Positions 9,688-18,000 of a DNA stretch of 33,982 nucleotides are shown here, piece after piece. The notes beneath the pieces are model-generated. The model saw nothing but the letters and a program-made list of their open reading frames with translations, was not told where the DNA came from and ran no database searches. This DNA comes from a candidate division WOR-3 bacterium (lineage in GTDB: Bacteria > Hydrothermota > Tepidihabitantia > SM23-42 > CAYGYG01): contig CBFGIV010000024.1 of NCBI GenBank assembly GCA_965648915.1, forward strand, positions 1-33,982, given 5' to 3'. The stretch's first letter is position 1. Every line of letters begins with the position of its first letter. The position numbers and the translations under genes are program-made.

Positions 9688-11208
9688 TTATTTTTTCTTA
9701 TTAAACCAGAAAAGATCCTTGGTCGTTTTAGCGCTCTCTAAGATTGCAACTGCGGTTGTCACATAGTGATCTCTCTTCAATGCCAGGGCGATTGCTGCCT
9801 TTGTTCCCCAGACGATGGCAACAATCTCCTGGGCTAACGAGTGGCTGATCTCGGTCCGGCTGGAGTCAAATTGGGCGTCGGTAAACTTTATCTCTTTCTC
9901 CCTGAGATATTTTTTGAATTCATCGATCAGCGCAGGGCCAGGCATGAAGTCTTTAGAGATATCTTTTTGCCGATTTGTGTATTTTACCGCAAAATCGAAA
10001 TATAACCCTTTACGTAATATCTCCATCTCGATCCAGGAATAGACTTTGCGCGGGATAACGGTATCAGGCATAATACCACCGGCGCCATAAACTTTCCGGT
10101 GTAAAGGACCCAGGGTTGTAAAGGGAATGCGGGAGAGTTCACGGGCTTTTAATGTGTCGAGAGGTTTATCAATGCATCTACCAGAAGGTGTAAACCATCG
10201 GGCGACGGTCAATTTCAATGCACCACCATCTTCCATAGGAAAGATATTTTGAACCGAGCCCTTGCCAAAGGTATTGGTTCCGATCAGAAGACCACGGTCC
10301 CAGTCCTGGATTGCTCCGGCAACAATCTCTGATGCACTGGCCGAACTGGAGTCGATGAGGACGACAAGCGGGAAATCGCCATACTTGATATCGGCAGTCG
10401 ATTTGAAGACCCTCAATTCTGATGCCCGACCTCGTGTTGAGACAATATCCTTCTCTTTACCTAAGAAACATTCAGTGACCTCAACCCCTTCGTTAAGCAG
10501 TCCACCCGAATTGTGCCTTAAGTCGAATATTATCTTTTTAACCCCGAGACCGAAGAGGGAATCGAGGTTGTCCCTTAATTCAGAACTCGCGGTGCGGGAA
10601 AAATCGGCCAGTCGAATGTAACCGATATCGTCTTTTATCACACCCGCATATGGGATGGCATCGATCTTTATCGTGCTCCGGGTAATGGTAAATTCGATAG
10701 GTTCAGATAGGATGGGCCGTTCAATTAAGAGGGTGACTTTGGTCCCAGGTTTACCTCTGATTCTCCGGACGACCTCGTCAAGGTTCTTGCCTTCGGTTGT
10801 CTCTCCGTCGACTTTGAGGATTACATCTCCCGGCAAAAGGCCGGCCTTCTTTGCCGGGGTATTGTCGATGGGCGTAATGACCACCGGCCGGTTATTCCTC
10901 ATTCCGAGCTGGGCGCCGATTCCACCGAATTCACCCTCAGTCGAAATCTTGAGTGAAGTATATTCATTCTTGTTGAGGTAATTGGTGTGAGGATCCCTCA
11001 AAGTATCGATCATCCCTTTGATCGCTCCCCGGATTAAGGTCTGGTTGTCCACTGAATCAACATAACTGGATTGAATATTGGAGAGGACACGGTTGAAGAT
11101 CCGCAAAAGCGAATAAGTATTTTCCTGGTCACCCCAGACCAGGCCGATGCTGAATGAGATTAAGATTGATAGGACAAAGATGGAAATCAGTAAAAATCTC
11201 TTATTCAT
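9688..11208 (-). CDS. S41 family C-terminal processing protease with PDZ domain
   Basis: Signal anchor, DPHTNY, FGGIGAQL (PDZ), DLRHNSGG, SASASEIVAGA (catalytic Ser), TFGKGSVQ (catalytic Lys). Confidence 0.92.
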   Translation of the reverse strand: MNKRFLLISIFVLSILISFSIGLVWGDQENTYSLLRIFNRVLSNIQSSYVDSVDNQTLIRGAIKGMIDTLRDPHTNYLNKNEYTSLKISTEGEFGGIGAQLGMRNNRPVVITPIDNTPAKKAGLLPGDVILKVDGETTEGKNLDEVVRRIRGKPGTKVTLLIERPILSEPIEFTITRSTIKIDAIPYAGVIKDDIGYIRLADFSRTASSELRDNLDSLFGLGVKKIIFDLRHNSGGLLNEGVEVTECFLGKEKDIVSTRGRASELRVFKSTADIKYGDFPLVVLIDSSSASASEIVAGAIQDWDRGLLIGTNTFGKGSVQNIFPMEDGGALKLTVARWFTPSGRCIDKPLDTLKARELSRIPFTTLGPLHRKVYGAGGIMPDTVIPRKVYSWIEMEILRKGLYFDFAVKYTNRQKDISKDFMPGPALIDEFKKYLREKEIKFTDAQFDSSRTEISHSLAQEIVAIVWGTKAAIALALKRDHYVTTAVAILESAKTTKDLFWFNKKK

Positions 11209-11843
11209 ATTTTATATCCTTTCTTTAATAATATTACTCTTGTTCTGTTCTGGATCTCAGACTGGATAACCTCAACCGGCTGACGGCCATCTACTAATTT
11301 GATTCGACCGCCAGCCCGCCGGGCAAGCCTGAGATAACCTTCCCTGACCTGGAGGTGGTAAGGGAGAGGTTCTTTTTCAAAACGGTCCTGATCGATCAGT
11401 CGGTTTCTTTTCAGCCCTTCCTCAACCGGAAGGTCAATCAGGAAGGTAATATCGGGTTTAAGCCCTGATGTCGCAAAACGGTTGAGGAGCATCGTCGGCC
11501 GTTCGGGTAGTTTTCGACCATAGACCTGATAGGCGTAGGTGGAATCACTGAACCGGTCTGAGATAACGATTTTACCCTGATTTATTGCGGGGAGGATAAC
11601 TTCACTGACCAGTTGTGCCCGGGCGGCAAGGAAGAGGAAGAGTTCGGTTTTGACCGATAGCTCCTTGAACAGGGGATCGAGCAGTATCCCCCTCACCGCT
11701 TCGCCTATTTTAGTTCCGCCGGGTTCCCGGGTTAAAAGGCAAGGAAGATCCTGGGTGATGAGCCAATCATAGAGCAATTTTGCCTGGGTCGATTTGCCTG
11801 AACCCTCAGTTCCTTCAAAGGTAATGAAGAGACCACGCCTCAT
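11205..11843 (-). CDS. tmk: dTMP kinase
   Basis: FITFEGTEGSGKSTQ, TREPGGT, SDRFSDSTYAYQ. Confidence 0.95.
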   Translation of the reverse strand: MRRGLFITFEGTEGSGKSTQAKLLYDWLITQDLPCLLTREPGGTKIGEAVRGILLDPLFKELSVKTELFLFLAARAQLVSEVILPAINQGKIVISDRFSDSTYAYQVYGRKLPERPTMLLNRFATSGLKPDITFLIDLPVEEGLKRNRLIDQDRFEKEPLPYHLQVREGYLRLARRAGGRIKLVDGRQPVEVIQSEIQNRTRVILLKKGYKI

Positions 11844-11931
11844 TATTCAACAGATAGGAATTTTCTTTTCCGCATAGATCTCATACTTAAATGTCTGGTC
11901 TGAATTCGCTTTAGACCAGGGGCGACAGGTC

Positions 11932-13023
11932 TTATTTGCGTCTCCTTTTTGAAGAGTATTTTTTGATAAATGCCTCAGTCTTCTGCCGGCAGATATAGTC
12001 AGGGAATTGCACTGGCGGTGATTTCATAAAATAACTCGATGGCTCGATCAATGCACCTGATAGATTATTATCAAGACCGAGCCGGGCACAACGGATTGCA
12101 TCGATCACAACACCGGCTGAGTTGGGTGAGTCCCAGACTTCGAGTTTCAATTCAATGTTTAAGGGAACATCACCAAAGGTTCGACCTTCGAGTCTTATAT
12201 GGGCCCACTTTCGATCTAAAAGCCAGGCAACATAATCAGAAGGTCCGATATAGATATTCTCATCACCGATATTATATTTTAAAAGTGATGTAACGGCCTG
12301 AGTCTTGGAGATCTTCTTGGAGGCGAGCCTGGTTCTTTCAAGCATATTTAAAAAATCGGTATTGCCTCCGACATTGAGCTGACTGGTCCTTTCAAGTTTC
12401 ACACCCCGGTCATTAAATAGGTTTACCAGGACCCGATGGACGATGGTCGCACCGACCTGGGATTTTATATCATCACCGATAACCGGTAAGCGCCGTTCGC
12501 GGAACCGTTTCTGCCAGTACTTCTGGCTTGCGATAAAGACCGGGATACAGTTGACAAAGGCACAACCCGCAGTCAGACTCTGCTCAACATACCACTTGGT
12601 TGCCTCTTCACTGCCTACCGGTAGAAAATTGACAACGACATCAGTATTGGTCTCTTTTAAGAGCCGGACAATATCTGCGGTCGGTCCAGGAGCCTTTTCA
12701 ATAATCTGGGAGAGATAATAACCGAGTCCGTCATGGGTCATCCCTCTTACCACTTTGACATTGGTCTTGGGAACATCACAGAACCGGTAGGTATTATTGG
12801 GATAGGTATATATTGCCTCAGCCAGGTCTTTTCCAACCTTTCGCTTATCGATATCGATGCCGAGGGTAAATTCGATATCACCGATATGATAGCCTCCGAG
12901 TCGGGTATGCATAATACCGGGAATGAATTCGTCCTCTCGGGCATTTTTATAATAATAGACACCCTGAACCAAACTCGAGGCGCAATTACCGACACCGATA
13001 ATTGCCACTCTCACCTTAGACAT
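11932..13023 (-). CDS. ino1: myo-inositol-1-phosphate synthase
   Basis: [60 protein letters not shown]. Confidence 0.95.
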   Translation of the reverse strand: MSKVRVAIIGVGNCASSLVQGVYYYKNAREDEFIPGIMHTRLGGYHIGDIEFTLGIDIDKRKVGKDLAEAIYTYPNNTYRFCDVPKTNVKVVRGMTHDGLGYYLSQIIEKAPGPTADIVRLLKETNTDVVVNFLPVGSEEATKWYVEQSLTAGCAFVNCIPVFIASQKYWQKRFRERRLPVIGDDIKSQVGATIVHRVLVNLFNDRGVKLERTSQLNVGGNTDFLNMLERTRLASKKISKTQAVTSLLKYNIGDENIYIGPSDYVAWLLDRKWAHIRLEGRTFGDVPLNIELKLEVWDSPNSAGVVIDAIRCARLGLDNNLSGALIEPSSYFMKSPPVQFPDYICRQKTEAFIKKYSSKRRRK

Positions 13024-13123
13024 ATTTCCTCCTTGTTAACAAGATTTGGCTATGGATATCAGTAAAGAAAAAATAAGCCGAAAACATTCTTTATTTCCGA
13101 TTATTCGGGTAATTTAATACTCT

Positions 13124-13151
13124 ATTTTACTTAAAATTACTGAAAAGTCAA
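13124..13151 (-). promoter_or_regulatory. Putative promoter for ino1 (TTGACT-16-TAAAAT)
   Basis: Reverse complement of agtcaa 13146-13151 and atttta 13124-13129. Confidence 0.5.
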
Positions 13152-13221
13152 AGGGAAAATAGAGAACTAAACAGGGAATCGCGTGATGGTATGCCTGATA
13201 TTCTCAAAAAATTTTCAAAAT

Positions 13222-13250
13222 AAAAAAGGAAGGCATTTTTTTCGCCTTCC
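13222..13250 (-). terminator. Rho-independent terminator after the PorV-OmpA gene
   Basis: Minus strand reads GGAAGGC-9nt-GCCTTCC followed by TTTTTT. Confidence 0.7.
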
Positions 13251-13271
13251 CTTATACATTTTTATATATTT

Positions 13272-15038
13272 CTATTCTACTCCGCTCAGGACTTTGAATT
13301 CGGTTCGCCGGTTCTGGGCCCGACCTGCTTCGGTCTTATTTGTCGCAATCGGTCTGGTCTCTCCATAACCTCTGGCAATGAGCCGATCGGGATCAATCTT
13401 GAATTTATTAATCAGGTAGTCACGAACTGCATTGGCCCTTGCCTGGGAGAGTTCGAGATTGGATGGGAATTCCTTGGTCCTGATTCTTCGGTTATCGGTA
13501 TGGCCGGCAAGTTCCACAACAATCTCAGGGTTTTCTACGAGGATCTTACCCGCATAATCAAGAATTGGATAGGACTCAGGCAGGAGTGTAGCCTTGGCAG
13601 TTTCAAAATTGACACCCTTAAGGATGATCACTTCTTTTTCCTTGATCAATTCAAAATCACGGACAACGGTTTTGCCCGGCTCAACGGCCAGGGTGCAGGA
13701 CTGGCTATAGTATTTTGGTTTTAATGGTTCAACCTTCAGAACATATTTACCTGCTTCAAGATTTGATATTCGGTATAATCCAACCATCGAATCGACTCTG
13801 ACCTCACCTTTCATTATACCTTCATATTTGACCCGAGCGCCTAAGACTCTTTTGGTCTTAACATCGGTGATAAGTCCGATAATCTCACCGGGTGGAATTT
13901 TATTGAGGGTGATCAACTTGGTTTTAGTTATATCTTTTTCAATGGTGGCAGTGTCTTCTTTGGGATAGTATTTGTTCTTCTGCACCTTGATTCGCACAAG
14001 CCCCGGCGGTTGATTCCTTAATAGATAGATACCATTGATCGAATCGCTCGAACCCTTGATCATAGTGGGACCGATGATTGTCACATCCGCTATAAGTGGC
14101 TTTATTTCTGAGGCATCGATGATCCGGATCTGGAGATTACCTCTCGGGGTTAGCTCCCCAAATCTGGTTCCAACCAGAAACCGGTGGGTCATTCCGAGTT
14201 CGCTTGAATAAGGGACAAAGGCATAGTCAAAGTAGAACTTCTGGATCTTAAAACCGAGTCCAGCCGTATAATAACTCATCTTTCCTTCATTTGGCTTGGT
14301 TTTGAATCCGGCGCGAAGGGCAACGATCTCTCTTATCCAGTATTCTCCACCAAGATGGAACGTCGGTCGGGCCAGTCGGGTATATTCGAGATCGGTCAAA
14401 AGATTTAAATCTCTTCTTGGCTTTGAAACAAGTCCGACACGGAATGATGTGGGCAGGGGGGAAGAGGTTGAACTGTATTTCATACTTGTGCCGAAGTCTT
14501 TAATCACTGCACCGGCTCTGAAGATTTCACTGATAAGATAGTTACCACCGAGATCAATCCCAAAACCTGAACCGGTCTCATCACCAATTTTGTCGTAGAG
14601 ACCCTTAAAATTGAACCCGGTTGCGAATCTGGGATTTAGTTTTCGGGCATAGGAAAAATTCAGGATCCCCGAAGTCTGACCAAACTGCTCAGTCTCTTCA
14701 TTATTTTCATCCCACCCTTCAATCCCGCTTGTGCCACTGTAGATTAACCCAAAACCGAAAAGCCCCATTCGGGTCGCATAGGTAAGACCGCCGTAAATGT
14801 CCATAAATCCCATAAACCACTGGTGATAGGTAACGAAGGCTTCAGAATGTTCGAGCCAGCCTGATGAGCCAGGATTCCACCACATACTGCCCGCATCTTC
14901 GCTCATTGCTGTATAGGTCTCACCCAGGCCGATCGCACGGGGATAGAAATTGACGCGTAAAAGGGGGAAGCCGCTTTCACCCGGACTTGCACCAAAAATT
15001 AGAGAGAGCCAGATGATGCCGAAGATTGTAATTCTCAT
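13272..15038 (-). CDS. PorV/PorQ-like outer-membrane barrel + two carboxypeptidase-regulatory-like domains + OmpA_C domain
   Basis: Signal peptide. PRAIGLGETYTAMSEDAGSMWWNPG and THRFLVGTRFG (PorV-type barrel). Two beta-sandwich repeats. OmpA motifs VNFETAKATL, AGHTD, NLELSQARA, GYGETRP, NRRTEF. Confidence 0.82.
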   Translation of the reverse strand: MRITIFGIIWLSLIFGASPGESGFPLLRVNFYPRAIGLGETYTAMSEDAGSMWWNPGSSGWLEHSEAFVTYHQWFMGFMDIYGGLTYATRMGLFGFGLIYSGTSGIEGWDENNEETEQFGQTSGILNFSYARKLNPRFATGFNFKGLYDKIGDETGSGFGIDLGGNYLISEIFRAGAVIKDFGTSMKYSSTSSPLPTSFRVGLVSKPRRDLNLLTDLEYTRLARPTFHLGGEYWIREIVALRAGFKTKPNEGKMSYYTAGLGFKIQKFYFDYAFVPYSSELGMTHRFLVGTRFGELTPRGNLQIRIIDASEIKPLIADVTIIGPTMIKGSSDSINGIYLLRNQPPGLVRIKVQKNKYYPKEDTATIEKDITKTKLITLNKIPPGEIIGLITDVKTKRVLGARVKYEGIMKGEVRVDSMVGLYRISNLEAGKYVLKVEPLKPKYYSQSCTLAVEPGKTVVRDFELIKEKEVIILKGVNFETAKATLLPESYPILDYAGKILVENPEIVVELAGHTDNRRIRTKEFPSNLELSQARANAVRDYLINKFKIDPDRLIARGYGETRPIATNKTEAGRAQNRRTEFKVLSGVE

Positions 15039-15048
15039 TCTTTACCTC

Positions 15049-18000
15049 CTATTGCGTTACTGCAGTCTTCTTTTTGATGACGGTCTCTTCTTTGGTAACA
15101 TCTGAGCGGAATTTGAAGATGTAGATATAGACGCCAGGCGATACTGTTTTACCATTAGTATTTTTGCCATTCCAGGGAGTGATGTGAATGCCCGGATTAA
15201 CACCACGATTCTCGAGAACTCTGACGATCTCTTCACCCAGTCGATTATAGATGACGAGATCAACCTTACCTGCTTCAGGAACACTGAAGATGAATTTTGT
15301 TCCTTTCTGAAGTTTGAACGGGCTGGCAAAGTTATGGATGTCAAGTCCCGGGATGACGGTTGTGATCAGTGAGACGCTATCGGCAAGGTTGGGCAGGAAG
15401 AGGACATTTCCAAGGACCGTGGTCGAATCTTTATTTGAAGTTGTATCCATTGCCTGGGAACCGATGATTGAGACTTCAGGAGCAGTTACCTTAAGGGTAA
15501 ATTCGAAAGGAACTGATGGATCAACTACGACCTTGGAGCCGAGCGGTGTTGTTCCATCTTTCTGGCAGAGGGTCGCTGTCCAGCCGGTTCTGGTATTTTT
15601 GGTCTTTAATTCTACTGTATCCGGTGCGTTACCGATGAGGACTGCGGTCAGATTATATACCTTGGTTTGACGCGATGGAATCGTTGCCTGCTGGTTCGAT
15701 TCGATATTGAGGCCACTGATGAGGCGATTAATCTGGGTGATATCTTGGGCACTGTCCCGGACTGTATTATTGATCGAAGAGACACCGATTAGATAGGAGG
15801 TATCGACATCGGTGGTGCCGGCATTATTGGGTGGAGTGATAAGCAATGTTAACCATCGCGCTTCACCAGGATTCAAGACCACAAAGGAGACCGGGTTGAT
15901 ACCGGCTGAATCGCGGATCTGCCTGAGCCAGGTCGATCTCGTCCCTCGAGATAAGAGGTTGATCGAATCCCTCATCGTGCCAAGATTTGTAACTGAATGT
16001 AGGTAGGTAATCGTGACCCCGGGATTGGTTCGACCGATACGGTCCGGATCGACGATGATCCGGGCAAAACCAGTGATGGTTGTAATCAATCGAGCACTGT
16101 CGGTTACGGTTGAGTCATTGGTTGAATGTCCGTGGATGAATGTTGTATCGCTCATTCCCTGTGGAGCATTATTGGGGGATCGGATTTTAATCATTATTGT
16201 TGCCCGTCCACCGAATGGAGGTAATCGCACATAGGTCCGCGGTATCGTGCCGGTTGAGTCGAAGATGCCGGCATACCATCCGACCGAGGTATGTGAGGTT
16301 CTCAGTGTAATACTATCTGTGGCATTACCGTCATTGATGACATTCACAAAATAACGCACTGTATCGCCGGGCATAGAATTTGCCTGCTGGTCGGGATCGA
16401 CGATAATATTGGCCTGAACACCGATGTAAGTATTGACAATTGCCGTATCATAGATTGATGAATTGGTAATAGATGTTCCTCGAACGATGGTTGTATCGAC
16501 CTCAGTGGGTGGGACATTAATCGGCGGCGTGATCCTCAGGATAAATTTAACTGAATCATTGTATGGCCCCAGGTTTATCCGGGTAATGGGATTTGTTCCG
16601 GTCGAATCCAAAAGTTGAGCGGTCCAGCCGGATCTGGTGCGATATCTTGTTAGATTTACACTATCCGGTCCATTGCCCCGATTTATGGACCTGAGGAAAT
16701 AATCGATCGATCGGCCGGGCAGGGTCCGGCCACTCTGATCCGGACGGATGATGAGCCCAGCAACAAAATCGATAGTAGTGATGAGTCGGGCGCTGTCCTT
16801 AATTCCCGGAATATTTGTTGAGGTACCGATGACATAGGTTGTGTCTTTTATCCCCGCTGGGGCCTGGGCTGTATCGGGTGGTGTGATATCGACGCGAATC
16901 TTGGTTCTGCCACCAAGGCCAGGAAGTTTTACAAAGGTCAATTGATTGGTTCCGGCGGAGTCGTAGATGAGAGCATTCCAGAACGGTCTCGTATTTGCCG
17001 TTGATAACAAGATACTATCGGTATTGTTGCCCTGATTGATCACATCGAGATAATACCGGACAGTTTGACGGGGGATGGTATTGCTTGCCTGGTTCGGATC
17101 GACAATGATCCGGGCCGTTGTTCTGATTGTTGTGGTGAGTCGAGCAGTATCCCGGACGGTCGGGACAACGGTTGATGTGCCAATAACCTGTGTTGTATTG
17201 ACCGCACCGGCCTGGGCGGTATCGGGTGATACAACTTTAGTCATAATCTTGATTCGACCACCCTGGGGAGGAAGTTTCACATAACCTATCTGCGTGGTTC
17301 CAGTCGAATCGCAGATGAACGAATGCCAGGAAGGACGAGTATCGGTTCTGGTAAGCAGGATACTGTCAGTTGCATTACCCTGGTTTATTACATTAAGATA
17401 GTATCTAACTGTTTCAGCCGGGGCTGCGCTTGCCTGAGAATCGGGATCGACGATGATTCTTGCGAGGGGCATAATAATGGTGATAAGTCGAGCACTGTCG
17501 GAGACCGTTGAGATATTTCTCGATACCCCTTTGACGAATGTTGTATCGGCAAAGCCCATCGGTGCATTGGATGGCGATTTGATCTTTGCCCTTATGCGGA
17601 TTGAATCTCTTATCGGGCCTAAGACAACCCGATTGATTGTATTACCGATTGAGTCCTGAATCGTAACGGTCCAGCCCGGTGGAGGTGCATCATTGGAGAG
17701 AAGAATAGTATCCCGAGCATTGCCCTGGTTCTTTACATAAAGATAATAATAGATTGAATCTCCGGGCAGGATTGAATTCTGTTGATCAGGATCGACAAGG
17801 ATCCTCGCATCGAGTGTAATCTCGGTTATATCCCGGGCACTGTCCCGGGCCGTTCCTGAAGTTGAGTAACCGACTAAATAAGTTGTATCGGCATTACGGT
17901 ACTGACTGTTAGTATCGGGCTTGATCTTGAGGTAGACGGTTTTACGTTGACCGGGATTGAGGACCACATTGTTTATAATCTGGGTCCGGGCCGAATCCCA

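Noticed and set aside
11932..13023. ino1 as part of a novel inositol pathway
   Set aside because: Ordinary bacterial-type enzyme with no downstream inositol lipid or solute genes in the window.
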